A stretch of 63,874 nt of DNA, filler included, from Choristocarpus tenellus KU-1152 (GCA_964200185.2; 9 parts of 9 records of this genome joined end to end with filler, not necessarily neighbours in it); one strand, 5' to 3'. Numbered from the whole stretch's first letter, positions 26,480 through 40,472 are shown. A program made the numbers and translations. The notes: generated by a model from the sequence alone, not told the origin.

Positions 26480-26973
26480 CAGTAATCATTTGGATTTTCT
26501 TGTTTCCTATCACGGATCGAGTACAAACTACCCCCTATTTTTAACCATCGTCTTTCGGCATCCGACTTCATTTGATAAGAAAAGCACATTAAATAGATGC
26601 ATTCGTAAATCAATAAACTTTTAATTTCCGCGGCTTAACGATTCATAATTTTTGGGGGTTTTTTTCCTGTCACAGATCGACTATAGACCACCCCCTTTTA
26701 TAAACCAGTGTCGTTCGGCATCCGAATTCATCTGATAATAAAAACACATCAAAAAAATGCATTCGTAAATCAATAAACTTTTAATTTCCGCGGCTGAACA
26801 ATTCATAATTTTCAGGGGTTTTTTTTCCATCACAGATCGACTATAGACTACCCCCTTTTTTAAACCAGCGTCGTTCGGCGTCCGAATTCATCTGATAATA
26901 AAAACACATAAAACAGATGCATTCGGAAATCAAGAAACTTTTAATTTCCGCGGCTGAACAATTCATAATTTTT
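26480..26973. repeat. Tandem repeat, 160-bp unit, about 3 copies
   Basis: CAC(A/G)GATCGA recurs at 26511, 26671 and 26831. Each unit contains TTCGGCATCCGA, ATGCATTCGTAAATCAATAAACTTTTAATTTCCGCGGCT and ATTCATAATTTT. Confidence 0.95.
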
Positions 26974-27070
26974 AGTTCCTGCCCATGTTCAACACCCAAT
27001 CGTGCAAAACATACCACCTGCACACTCGACTGAAATCCATTTCCCGCAAACTCCTCTCTTTCGATGACAT

Positions 27071-30000
27071 GTGTCACGAAACCGTACATCACATGAAGGA
27101 CTACGAGCAAACTGTGGGAAAAAGAAGCCGGCGAAGGCGAAGAAACGAGCCATCGGACTGAACAAATATGCTACTTCAAACTATGTTCGGCCAAAGCAAC
27201 TTACTTGGCCAACTCGAGATTCCTCTTTCAAGACTACAATGCAAATCTACTTGATGCCGCCAGAGTTGCAGCTATGTTCGACAAAGTGACGAGGGATCCA
27301 AACAACGCAGCAGAGGTGATACGGGGAATCCTAGGTTCGTAGTCCTTCGACATTTGTTCATGCTGGAAGACCGAGGCCGAGATAAGGGACTACATGTTGG
27401 AGCAAGAAAGGTCTTTCGGCGAAGATCCCCAACAGTGGGCATATCAAGATGTACATCGCCAAGGAACTCATGAGGAAGGACAAGATGGGGAAGAGGCGCA
27501 ACCCTTCGGACCCCGGCAACATATTCTATTGCCTAAATGGGCAGCATCGGTTAATGCTGCTCAGGATTCTAAACAGCGTACGGTTCAAGGGCAAATTACC
27601 GATAGTGATAAGCCTTCCGGACTTCATTGACCAAGCTTGGGCCGACACAGTACTGAAGAGTCTGCAAGCGCGCGGTGCCCACATTGCATGGCACATGTAC
27701 CCATGTTGCGACAGGGAGAAGGTGGAGTCCATCTCTATCCGATGTGGGGTGCAGTCTAGCAAGTCCCATGTCCCCAACGTGGTGGACGTCTTCCCCAGGA
27801 TGGTGTCATGGTTAAGGGCCATTAAGGACTTCCGGGCAGAATTCGTAAGGGGTCTAGCCCATCCTAAGCACCACCGCAAAAATGGCAAATGAAAGTGAGG
27901 TCAAGTCTAATAGGCGCAATGAACTTGTGAGACTCTGCAAACAGTACTCCCTCGGAAAGCTAAACTTCGAGGACAGCGATGCCGCCTTTAAGGTTGCGAC
28001 TAAGAAAATTGTCGCGACGAAGATTATGGCATTCCTAATAGAGGCATGGGTCAACACTAACCTCGAGAGTGGACTGGACACTGTCAGTCAAGGTACAGCG
28101 AATCAATTTTACAACGTGATCGTGTCTCTGGCCCAGATATGTGCTGACGAAGGTAAGGCTACAAGCACTTATGATTTTGGTATTTGTAATATGGTCCACA
28201 CCAACAACCACAACATTTTCATCTAACCGTACTAATCCCTCATTCGCCGACCTCGTCACTCTGCCATCAGGAACTGATGAATTCGAGAAAGTTTTGTGCG
28301 GTGTGTGGCAGGATCACAAGAGAAGGGAGACAAACGATGTAAGTGCGGCACACATACAAGCATCTCAGTAAGAGAACGTTCGAGTATGCTATGTTAACAA
28401 TGCACCATTGATGAACCCACAACCGCACATGCACAATGAAAAAAACTACTCACGAATAGATCGCAACCTGTCAATATCTCAACCCAATTTGCCATCCACC
28501 CAACCGCGGCTGGCCATGTCAGATTCGCTTCTCGTTTATGGGAGACAAACCATGATGGGTCGTTTATTTTTATGGTATGTGGTGACTTCATACCTGCACT
28601 ATAAAGTTTAGATAGACACTGTGCTACTCTATGATATGACGAAATCCATTTCCACCCTGCGAAGAATGTGTGACATTTCTGACCTTGACCTCTCTTCGAA
28701 AATGTCGCCTCAATTGACACACAGGGTAAGTTCGATTTCAGGGCTGTACACACGTTCACAGTGCTCTGGGATGCGAACCGCGAGGCCGCTCTTGATTCCC
28801 TGAAGAACAGTGGCGGATTCAGCCACGGCTACAGGCAAATGGTAGGCGCGAAGAGTGTATTGGTGTAACATCAGGCGCATGAGTGGTACACATTTTTATA
28901 TATCGACTCTCGGTACGAACGACCGTCGTTGATCATTTTCAGTTTGATCTTTGCTAATTTTCCACGTTCTAATGCCTTCCTACAAACAGGTTGGTCGTAC
29001 TTTGTTAGGGAGAAATTTCAACGTCACAAACTCGTAAGAGTTCTTCTTAAAGACGAAGTAGGGCAGGGCAATCAATGTTTTATCAAACCACATTTTTTAG
29101 TATGGAAATTTATAGTCCCTGGGAATGCACTGCGCTTTCCCGCTTCAACACGTTTCATATATCTCCCAGAGACCCCATCCAAGGCAAGATCTCTTTCTAA
29201 TTATACCCCAAGGTATTCTCGATGCAGACACGAGGAGATCAAAAACGTGTAGTGTATGACTCGGAAAACTCTGTTGTCGACCTTTCCCCTCACGAGGGGT
29301 ACAAATTCCCGTGTCCTGCTGATGTTGTATACGTAGTGCACATTTACATGTTAATGATGAAGGATCCGTGTTGTTCTCACACTCAACGGCGACTGTCACT
29401 GCCCTCACAAGTTTGTTTTCCGTACGTAGCACGACGTAGTGATGCCACCGTTCCCAAACACAACATCCTTGTCTTCCTTTGTGCGTAGCTCCAAAAGCAG
29501 ACACGGATGCAATACTTTGTACGAATGTGCACGGATATTTTGAGCATCAAAGGCCCTGACATCCTTGGAGAGGACACTCCGGGAGGCTATACGTGGAAGG
29601 ATATCGTGGAGACAGCCGCTGGTGTGTTCGCTGAGAACGCTGCGGAAAAGTTGCCAACTGACCTGCTCTCCCTGTCCTACGTGTTGGGAAAAAGAAAGTT
29701 TCCGGAAGAATGGGTAAGCCCCGAATCCGCGTGGGTTCGTCATCGACCCCATACACAGATTACGTTAGTACATTGTACCCCTTTAGTACACAGACAATGA
29801 AAAACGTGCGAGCATTCTTACATCCTGGTCATCACACTTTTACGACATAGATATCACATTCTGCACTAATCAACATAACCTGATCACATGCCAAAGTGAT
29901 TACACAAATACTAAAACGCTCACAACATCCTACTTCTGTCCTTGGCCACTCCGTACGCAAATCGCCTCTTGCAGTTCTGCAGATCTCTGAAGGGTGTTCG

Positions 30001-31221
30001 TTCTAAGAAAGAGAACACCATTAAGACGAAGAAACCTTCCGAGAAAGGAAAACAAAAATGCGTTGAAGAAGTTGTCAAGGAGGCCAGCACATCCGGATGC
30101 GACACGGATGAACTCCCCTTCGTCTCTGAAAGACAGAGAAATGCATACGCCAAGCGTATGCACATGAAGGAGGTGTTCATAGAGCAGACTGTTCTGGAGG
30201 TGGCGTCGATGAAGATCAAGGAACTCAAACTACACCCCCAATCTACCGATCCTGCGAAAGACCTATACATCCTCTCGGAAGAGGTAATTTGTTTCATGCT
30301 CACGGTTTACCCTCCCGACTTTATCACAAGAGTATATCCTTTGGCAAACATTCTTGTGCTTGCATCCGTATTCGGTGTCAATGTCTAGAGGCTCTGGTCT
30401 GTGTAAAAATGAATACATTTTCACTTCAAAAGTCCGCCCCACCCCTGTGTTTCAAAGGTGGGAAGGAGATTGATCCTGAAAGGTGTTGACAAGGGTGACG
30501 TCTTCGCCAAGATCGTGGAAGCCTCCGATGGTGTTGCCCTCCCCCAAGGACTAGAAGGTGAAGTCAAGTGTGCCAAAATAAACGTTTCACTGCATGATGA
30601 TAATGGGAACAGAGATGGAGGAGCAATTGGTCGTTTCTTTCTACGTTAGTGAAGAACAACCTTCAGACCTGAAATATATTTTAGTCAAGAATACCATGTG
30701 TATTGACACGCAACCCCCTCTCCGCACTATAATCATGCAATTAAATTTTAAGGCCATTTGCCTATATGTGGTACTTTAATATGTATTTGTGTATAGGATG
30801 GAAGGGGTGCTTGTGTGAGTGAGCTATGCATATTTTTTGTTAAAGTTCAAAATGGTAGAGCAATGTCAATCAAATTGTCTCTCCTAGATATATGTGTGTG
30901 TACCACAATTATGTAACATCCTTAATGGGGGATGGACTCCTGCATAGTCTGCCTCTTAATACTGTGTGCATCGAGTATTGTCTAATTGTTTATCCTCTGA
31001 ATGTTTCTTCCCACGACCCCTAAGACCGACCTAGTGATTACATAGATAATAATATTAACAACAGCCCTGGAATTTCTAACTTCTTCATTTTAAGGAATCA
31101 GAGTTACACATGACATTAGTACCATAATGTTTTTCACACTTGCAATGGATAATGATATGGAGCCCATTAAGTTACTTTCTCTGGAGTTTCAACTTACACA
31201 TCCACGGCTCTCTAACTGCGA

Positions 31222-31252
<31 letters not shown>

Positions 31253-32845
31253 CCCCCACCCCCCACCCAACACACCACACACAAACACAAGACCAAAAAN
31301 NNNNNNNNNCCCCCCCCCCCCCCCCCCCCCCATAACACGCGTTTCGAACATGTCAAAGACAAACATAACAATTTCGTGTGGAACAAGAACACAAGTCGTA
31401 AACCCCGGCCTCGATAGCGCATGTTCCTCACTTCCACACATTAGTTTCTAACGAGCTCACCTTAAGGGCTGTTGTAGGGGTTTGAACACCACAGGCTACA
31501 ACAAAAAATTACACTTGCCCCAAACCAGACGACAATACACACAAGATACTCTTAACACCTCTACTCCTGACATTCATTTCCCGCGCCGATCCAGGTCCGA
31601 GGCGTGCCACCTGTGCTGTCATCGCGCCAGGCAAGACCACCCATGGGGTCCACGACATCGACGATGTTTGGGCCAAGTTGAAGACTTCGTTCAACGATAG
31701 CTTGTCGTCTATGAATGTGCGCCAGGGGGGGGTGGTTATGGCATTTGCCAAGCTTTCGGGGAATGGTGACCCCGACAAGGACGAACGATTCGCACATGAG
31801 CTGGTGAAATTGTGTCACAAGTTCTGGTCAGATGAAGAGTTCGAGGAAGAAAAGGACGGGGGGGGACTTCGTGGCACTCCAGACGCGCCGGGGAGTGTGC
31901 GGCTCTCCCCTCTTGTAGTTGTGGCTGGAAGTGAGTCCGATGATGACCTTGGACCCGCTCCTATTGGGTGGGATGCCATCGACTCCGACATGGAGGAGAC
32001 GGCGTTGCCACCCACAGGATGCCTGACGAATCCAACACCCGAAGTGGAATCAGTCCAGGATGGGGAAAGCGATGACGGATCCTCAAGTGTTGGGGGATGG
32101 TGTCGAGGAGGTCGATGCATACTGTCGATCCCCCCCCGTTAAGCGACAAAAATCAAAAAGGGATGCACACAGTGTCAGGGATTCTGGATCCGCACAACCT
32201 TCTGCTTCAATAAAAAGCATTCCCACTCGCAAGGGGAAGCGTATGCCTGGGACTCCGCCTACAGCCTTGCTGGACAATATATTCTCTCCGGTGCATGGCG
32301 GTGGGGAGTCATCATCCCACAACACATCATCCGACGTCAAGGGGAGTGACGTGGAATTGGCAGACAGCGAAGATGAACTACCCATGTCAGAGGATGGTAA
32401 GTTTAACATCGGAATGACAGATCAATTCCTTGAGGCTTGTGCGCAGGAACTCCTCCGCTCGGCAAACCTGTCCTCATCACCATACTATCGTGTGCAAACC
32501 TGTGTCCTTCAACAGGTTATTCATGACTACGGCTTTAGGTCGATGCGGGCTGGGAAATCTGCCAATCGTATTGTACTTGACGATCACTGCTATGTGCACA
32601 AGGCTATCCACGATGGCTTGTGCCGCGGGGGGGCAAATGTTAAGAGGACACTGTGTGCGAAGGACATAGAAGCACTCGCAGCGAGAAAAGCTGTGTTTCT
32701 CGGTTGTATCGAGGCAGAATTGTGGAACGACAAGTACTCCTCCCCCCTAAATCTTTGGCATGTGTTGACAGAGGCTAACCCAAAGCTTATAGGTTGGTGG
32801 AAGGAAGGGAGGTGCGACTTCACACGTGCTCACCGGCTCAAGTAG
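27071..32845 (+). pseudogene. Decayed multi-exon gene or genes encoding a large unknown protein with an N-terminal ParB/Srx-like motif
   Basis: A chain of plus-strand ORFs broken by frameshifts and stops (27071, 27449, 27882, 29507, 29942, 30458, 31678, 32060). The motif FYCLNGQHRLMLL is at about 27523-27561. Plausible splice sites include TGCGTAG|CTC at about 29488, TGG|GTAAGC at about 29713 and GAG|GTAATT at about 30283. Confidence 0.5.
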
Positions 32846-34699
32846 TTCTTTTGGGGGATTCAGGTTGAACTTAAAGTGAGATTGTTCTTTTCGCGGACTT
32901 TATTGTTTACATTCCTTGCGCAATGTGTCGAACGCACAGGTTTGCACTGCCTGGACCAAAGGTTTCGTTTCTTGACTCCGTAGTTGTACCTTTACGGCGT
33001 CTGACTTTGCACGGCCTCAGGCAAATATTGTGGATTTTGGAGTTTACAACTGGAAGGGTAACCCTAATTCAAGGCAAATGCATGGAAACGTTATCCTGGA
33101 TTCAGACCATTCGACTTTATCAAGTCCAAAGTGTCCTTCTCTTACAAAATAGTGAATCAGCTTTGGTTCCATATTCGAGTTATCAATTTCATATTGCATT
33201 TGCCACTTGTCCTACCTAAGCATACACCTCCTCGTAAATATATTACTTTACGCCGCGGAAAACATATTCCCACCCCCTCAACTCTTCTTCTGATGCAAAG
33301 CGAGGTTGACAATTTTTAACAAAAACAAATACCTAGCACGACATATCGTCCTCGTCCTACCGTGAAGGTGAACACCCCAATTCACGGCTGTGTTTTCCAC
33401 ACAACGTTATGGGGAGCTTTGGTAGTAACAGGATAAGACTGATAGTCTATAGTTTGCACATACCATATACACGTGCACTATAACACACATTCGAAACTTG
33501 GCCTAAGCACTACACCAAACAAGGATACGATTCAGCCTTATTTTTAATCGTCCAAGACTTTTCCGAGTGTTCAACAAAATTTCAAATAGACATTTTAACT
33601 TTGATCAAGCCTGTGTCGCTGTGCGTCGTACCTCTGGAACAGATATCATTTGACCCAAACTGTGACATCCTTCTCTTCCATTGAGCTTTTACATACATAC
33701 GAAAGTAGGCATGCTCTTATCTACAGCCTGTTTCCTTCATGGTGTCACAATGTTTAACATTAAGGGTTTCAACATAGTGTCATCGGTTTATTGTTAATCG
33801 GTCACGTTGTTCCTAACCCTAAGTAATCAACGATTTAACGACTCTAAATCACACACCCTGTTTCCCATGATACCCAAACCTACAGATATCAATATACAAG
33901 CAGGTTATTGTATCATACATTTTTCATGCCGCGTTTGTCAACAAAATCTACCTACATTCCTTACTCGACCCACCCATCACCCACATGGACAGCTGTGAAC
34001 CCAACAAGCCAACCACAACACTACCCTCATGTGGACATAATCAGGAAAATCGTCACATAGCCCCTCAAGAAACATTATACTAACCCTTTGAAAATATGGA
34101 ATTACAACAATATTCGTCACCATACAACAAATATAACTGCTAGGCGAACTCCAATTAATCCGACTAATCCAAAACCCGTTAGTCTCATGCCTCCTCACTA
34201 TAGATTTAGACATTTTTCACCAACAATTGAAGAAGTAATTGATAGTTATTTAACTCTATCTATTAGTAATTTAACTTGTTATAGAACTTTTATTCTACTA
34301 CAAATAAATGGTCATTGAGCATGTAGCAGTAAGTTTTTATTAGATTGCCGCATCGCTAGTTCTTCACGGATGATATACTGAATTTCGTCATTGCGAGGAG
34401 CACTAATCAATGACCGTTTCTTTCAATACTTCAATTGAACAAAAGCACACGAAAATGGGCACTTTCGACCATGTACCAAAAAAACTAACCCCAACCACAT
34501 ACCTTTCGTTATCTCGAGTCCAGAATTCAAGAATCCTCAAAGCATTGGTGCTCCACTTTAGCTGGACTTAAGCCCTACCACGACCATAACCAAATGTGTA
34601 GTCCACACACACGCCCACCAAACACACCTTAAACCCCCCTCATACAAGCAACTTATCCGAGGAACACGATATGGTAAAATGGACCCCGAATGGACCCCC

Positions 34700-35173
34700 C
34701 CCCCCCAGGTACTTTGGCCCTTACTCGTTGGGCTATTGCTCTTCAAACCTATGATTTCACTGTCAAAAACAAACCCAGTAAGCTCAATTTTATACCTGAT
34801 ACTCTATCTCGTATTTTCAAGTTTGAGGAACAGGAGAAATCCGTTACTCCAATGCTGGCACCAATCTGTCGTAAATTGCCTGAAGGTAGTCGTGCATTTA
34901 CCACATATGTTCAAAAGGAATATGAGTTATCTGCTTCTAACCTTGACCAAGCAACGCCCGTCCAAAGTGATCATGTACTATTTTCTAGTTCCACTACGGT
35001 GTTTCCTGCAGTGGACCAGGAGCAATTGCGCAAGGAGCAGGAATCCGAGTTCGGACCATATTTCAGGTATTTGCAGTCCCCCAACGTCGCCCCACTACCT
35101 CATAAGGAACCACCGACGTCTATGTCGTATTTTTCCCTTCGTAATGGCTTAGTGTATCGTTCGTATTTACCAG
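34700..35173 (+). mobile_element. Ty3/gypsy pol fragment (RNase H end to integrase linker)
   Basis: LTRWAIALQTYDFTVKNKPSKLNFIPDTLSR matches the conserved RW...LQ.YDF.....PG..N..AD.LSR motif. Confidence 0.88.
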
Positions 35174-36175
35174 NNNNNNNNNNNNNNNNNNNNNNNNNNN
35201 NNNNNNNNNNNNNNNNNTTAATTAATTAANNNNNNNNNNNNNNNNNNNNNNNNNNNNNNNNNNNNNNNNNNNNGATGAGGAGTGACATTATATTTCCTTG
35301 TCCAATCGCCTGTTTATCGCATTGAAGCAGTTTTGCTTCATGCTAGGGGGGCATGTCACAGGCGATATGTCTTCATGGCGGTTTCATAAACACCATTATG
35401 ACATTGAAGTCCTAGATTTGATATATTTGTACTTACTGATTATTTATTTATTATTTGGCCATTATGGTCCCCGATTGAGATAAGATCGTTGATCAGCTCC
35501 TTTTTTTACATGATTTTTACGATAATCCAAGTGAGAGAGATCCAGCATACTTGACGACTTGTGCATCTGGAGTCCTATACCTACATCAGTATCATCTATA
35601 AGATCGTGGATTGGAGCTATACATCATGTATGTGGAGGTAAGCTTTCTGGGGCGCCTGTAACAAAAATTCTATGTAGTACAAAATATGTATGATATATAT
35701 ATAATAAAATGTATTACTTCTTGTCCCAACTATTGCGTATTATTAATAGAATAAGTGTCTTACGCCCGGAGGGCTTTTCACTGGACTGGGTAATTGGGCT
35801 GCCAAGTCTGGTCAGATTTCTGACAGTCCGACTGACTATCGAAATATACTATGCTTAGTTGTATTCCACAGGGATGAGCCCTCGACCCAGACCTGTTGAA
35901 CACTGCGGCACTCCTGGATTGGTACTATTCAAATTTCTCTGGGGCAGGTACACGGCCCTATCCAGTTCAAACCTCTGACAATCCTGGGATAAGGTGTTAT
36001 GATGATAACCGGACCAGACTGGTCAATATATTATGTCAGACGGACCTACAAATTTTTTTTAAATACATGTGAAAGTAAACATGTTCAGAAAATCCATCGC
36101 AGTCTATATATTCCCACCGTATAATAATCAACTGAGAGCCAATCTGGTCAGCTCCATCACACCTTTATTGTTAAT

Positions 36176-36348
36176 GACTCAAAGTATCTGGGGGGGTGGC
36201 GACTGTCCATTGATTGGGGTTAATTTTTTCATGTTGCGATTTTTTGGTGATTTTGTTACATAGGTTGGATGGACAATATAAGAGCACTTTTCCTGGTTAT
36301 GGTCAAAATGGACTCCCTGGTGTAGACCCCCCACAGATACTTTGGGTC
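36176..36348. mobile_element. MITE family A
   Basis: GACTCAAAGTATCTGG...CAGATACTTTGGGTC with 3-bp TSD AAT. Confidence 0.9.
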
Positions 36349-36624
36349 AATGAGGTCACAGGCTGACCCATTGTCCAGTCCGATTATAGCATTTGAAGGC
36401 CCTGGACTGGGCATTTCAAAACCCTGTTTCAACAGGTCAGCCCGAGACCTGGTGGGTTTGAAACCCTGACAGTCCTGGATCAACTCTCTTTATTTTTAGT
36501 AAGTAGATTTTTTCTGGTGAGATTTTGTAGAGGTATTTTGTAGAGGTACTATTAATATAAATATGCACAAAAATATATTACAAGTTTATTATGATTATGA
36601 AAAGATAACGTTGTCATGTTATTA

Positions 36625-36696
36625 GCGTTGATAGCTCAGTGGTAGAGCAGTAGATTGCAGCTCTACGGGTCCTTGGTTCGATCCCGAGTCGACGCT
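36625..36696 (+). tRNA. tRNA-Cys(GCA)
   Basis: GCGTTGA-TA-GCTC-AGTGGTA-GAGC-A-GTAGA-TTGCAGC-TCTAC-GGGTC-CTTGG-TTCGATC-CCGAG-TCGACGC-T forms a full cloverleaf, followed directly by an oligo-T Pol III terminator. Confidence 0.9.
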
Positions 36697-37379
36697 TTTT
36701 TCCGATCGTCTTCACGAGTGGAAAATGGTGTTTTGGTGATGAAACCTCCGAAGTTTCAACTCCATCCACTCCACACCTAATTTCATGGAAACCTGCTCTC
36801 GAATATCTACAGCCAATGTTGCATAGTGTACAGTACAGTATACCCATTGTGCACATAAATTATCTTATCTTCCTTTTCTTCCTCTTGTCATCATTATCTT
36901 CTTTATCATTAATTTCGATATCTTTTCACAACACTTGTATCGTATTCGTGTTATTAATGGTGACACCTATGGGTAGGAGAGTGGAGAGAACTCTCGCGAT
37001 TTAGTTCATAATGTACTCTACCCACATGGGATATACCATCTTTACATTGTCTGAACAAACAATGAGGACCGATGAGAGACCAAAAAAAAAAAAACATTTT
37101 CAACATGAACCTGTGGAGCACCTAAGGCGAACACCACCAGCTCTCAACGGTAATCGAAAAGATTCCCATTCACCATCAGTGGGAATGAACACGTTTTTTT
37201 CCTACCTACTTCGTTCGTAATCATCATTTGTCAATAAGATAATTGGAAATACATACAACTGAAGTATTTCACAATACCCCAACAACTATCAAGAAAATCT
37301 TCCATCGATGGTTGAGCCTAATACTGTCCGATTAGATGTGCTTGTTGAGTGCATGCTTATAATCATGGCAAAAAAAAGG

Positions 37380-38690
37380 TAGAGATCCATCAGCTATGAC
37401 TGCAAGCGTGACATGTGACAACCAGAGACTGGAAGAGACGGATGAATGACACCTTAATACCATGGCTCCGAACCACTTGTGAAGGGTATCATGGACTCAA
37501 GCGGTACTCAATATGGGGCATATTTGACTGGATGTGTCTCTGGTTCAAATGGAATTCAGCAGCAGTAGCTGTGGTATATTGCCCTAATTCTTGCTTCAAC
37601 AGGGCAAAAACTGGCCTGTATTTGTCACAAACATTTGGGTACTCTTATGTTTTCATTGGCAGTAAGATTGTCCATATCTGATGTATCTGATAACTTTGGA
37701 GGGTAAAAATGCTTCTTTATGTTTCTCTCACATACGGCACAAAGATCTGAATATCTGGTAGGTGTAGTGGTGGTGACTGTACTAACAAAACCATCTTATG
37801 CAAACTCGTGTTCTGTGGCTAGAGCAACATGCCCAAAATCAAACTCTGCAGGTAACTAAACTCCTCGAAAAAAGGGATTGACCATTTACTTGATACATGA
37901 GCCATCATCGTACAGATATGGAGGGTATGACTCACCATCAAGCGGGACTAAGGACTTTGGCAACCCAGAGGGTTCCTGCAGACAGCCAGACTTGAGGTGG
38001 CGTCCAAAAATAGCCTCTACTCCTCAATTGGAAGTGCTTCTGATGTCATGACAATCATTGTTTCTGAACGGGAAGGTACACACTGACAACGGTCAGTTGA
38101 AACTGGTGCCAACTGACACCTTATTTCAAAAGTCCCCTCGAAATACACCAAAAAGAATTTTCAAGGGGGGGGGGAAGGGGTTGAATCCTAAGCACATACA
38201 TATGGGGTCTGGGACATGAATGTTACACGATGGGTGCCTGACACGATAACATCATCATAATTAAAGGAAAACTGCTCGCTCCCCCAGGACCTGCTTCCCA
38301 GTGCTGCCGTCACGCCATTGTGAAGCAAAAGCTTATTATCCACACCAAGACTTGGAACCACAGCAACTACTATATTGACAGGTGTTAGCCCAATCTGAAG
38401 ATTAAATTGGAAGAGACCTCCAACAATCAAAGAATGCCTATCAGTGACATGTAGATATAGAGTTCCTCCAGAAATATTGTGGATAGAAGTTATACATCGG
38501 GTGGGATGCATGCTAAGGTAGTAAGACTGATGACAGGACTATCAGTGCCTGTGTCAATTGCGATGCCTGAGATAGGATCATTGTTGACAAAATCAGGTGA
38601 GCGTAAACACGTCTTGATGAGACGTTGACGAGCGTATCCCACACTCTTCATCGCAGACAAGACAGGTTGGGCTCGATGTTTCAACATAAT
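37380..38690 (-). mobile_element. Ty3/gypsy pol remnant (aspartic protease and start of RT)
   Basis: GIAIDTGTDSPVIS (retropepsin DTG), ..IGLTPVNIVVAVVPSLGVDNKLLL, then YRPVFALLKQELGQY..ETHPVKYAPY..GVIHPS. Heavily frameshifted. Confidence 0.7.
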
Positions 38691-38999
38691 CGAGACATCC
38701 TAAACATAAGATCTGTGGAATTTTTTCTTGGGGATGACACATATTATCACTTTTATTCTTATTTCAACACTCTGCAGAGCCTTTAGGCCTGGATAGTTGC
38801 ACATTGAAGACCTCAAAAAATGTCTTCTCGGTGACGCAAGTGACTCCACACGTCCTTTCTTATTGCCCTTAGGACTACAACACGTAGACTTAACACTCCC
38901 TATCTATTCCCGCAACACAGGGATGACAGGGTATCCCTACGTATTAAAAAAAAATGAAGGGTTCAGACCTGGAAGAGAATTGTATTAAAAAGGTGATAC

Positions 39000-39061
39000 T
39001 GTGGAAAGCATGTTTGTCTGTTATTATACCATTATTGCCGTATGCCATATACCGTTATACC
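39000..39061. repeat. LTR-like repeat terminus, truncated by the contig end
   Basis: TGTGGAAAGCATGTTTG.CTGTT.TTATACC.TTATTG matches 41926 onward. The homology begins exactly at TG and the flanks differ. Confidence 0.6.
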
Positions 39062-39720
39062 NNNNNNNNNNNNNNNNNNNNNNNNNNNNNNNNNNNNNNN
39101 NNNNNTTAATTAATTAANNNNNNNNNNNNNNNNNNNNNNNNNNNNNNNNNNNNNNNNNNNNGTATCTATGGGGGGGGGGGGGGTCTACACCAGGGTGTCC
39201 ATTTGGACCAAAATCGGGAAAAGTGCATTTAAAATGGACAGCCGCCACCCCCCAGATACTTTGAATCTAGGGCTGTTGTCTGTTGTGGGACCGCTGTGCC
39301 GCGTTGTTGGTCCTGTGCTGTCCATTTCAAATTTTGAACAAGAGAGGGTGAGTAGATGTATAGGGATATGGTTAAGGATTAGGGTAAGGAAATGAAATAA
39401 CGAAATTGAAAAATGTTGGTTTTGAAGTGATTGATCGTGATTTAGGAGGTATCCCGAGCATACTGTTCGCAAGGCTTCCGATTTCTCACCAAATGTCGAT
39501 AAGGTCAGCACAAGTGTCCAGTGCAAACACCCTGATCCTGCAGTCGAAGGATTCGATAATCAAAATCAAATTTGGCTAATACTGAAGTCTGAGGACGAGC
39601 GGGTGCGCACACTTGCAAGAATACTGACCGAGCCGAACTATCTATGTCGACATAAGGACGCTCACACAAGAAATACCTAAATCTAGAAATGGGTAACAAA
39701 AGGTAGGTATTCGAAAGTGA

Positions 39721-39792
39721 TGACCCTGACGAGATTCAAACTCGCAAACTTCAAGTCTGGAATCTGACGCGCTATCGTTGCGCCACAGAGTC
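39721..39792 (-). tRNA. tRNA-Trp(CCA), probably a pseudogene
   Basis: Reverse complement GACTCTG-TG-GCGC-AACGATA-GCGC-G-TCAGA-TTCCAGA-CTTGA-AGTTT-GCGAG-TTTGAAT-CTCGT-CAGGGTC-A. Lesions: D-loop GG changed to GA, T-loop TTC changed to TTT, and an anticodon-stem mismatch. Confidence 0.8.
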
Positions 39793-40472
39793 AATGCTGA
39801 CCGATGAAGTCCATATTGTTTCACAATGTCTCTACAACACAAAACAGATAGGAAACAGACTAAAACATTGTTATTGCACCATCACATTTTGTCCATTTAC
39901 CCGTGTTTTTCAGATTCCATGACCGAAGAACAGCCATTAACAATAGTAGGTAAATAATGTTAGTCCCAAACCACCTTACTATACACTGGCTTCTTCCACG
40001 TGTGGGGTGCACTTCTGTGTATCCAAAAGAGTTATTCACATTGGAGTGTCATGTGCATATCAAACCTATTATTATATTGTTGTACTTCACTACTAAAAGG
40101 TAATTAATAGCAGAAATTACTGCTATTACCTTTACCATCTTTCACTTAGTCTGAGGCGTCTTCTGATCTGTGATGAAAGGTATTGAGGAGGAGAGCACAT
40201 GTAAACAGGAACGTAAAATCAAGAAAAAAGAAACGTGGCAGCACAAACGTCTGGGTCGTGTCCGCTTTGCCCTCCCCTTGAACGCGCATGCAGTATGAGG
40301 AATCAGTCAAGCTATGAACACGATTTTATTGAATGATATCTGATAGATGATCTAATGAATTTGTCACGGAGAAGTTTTCCCCATCTTACAATATATCCAC
40401 CACTTCACGACTTAAACAGGTCAAACTAGAGGCAATTTATATAATTCTTTGATGACCAACTCACAAAGCAAC

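Noticed and set aside
26480-26973. CRISPR array
   Set aside because: The whole 160-bp unit repeats with no unique spacers, there are no cas genes, and the context is eukaryotic.
35769-36470. hAT-like MITE (AGGGCTTTTC...AAACCCTG) surrounding a MITE A copy
   Set aside because: The ends are degenerate and I found no 8-bp TSD, so support is insufficient.
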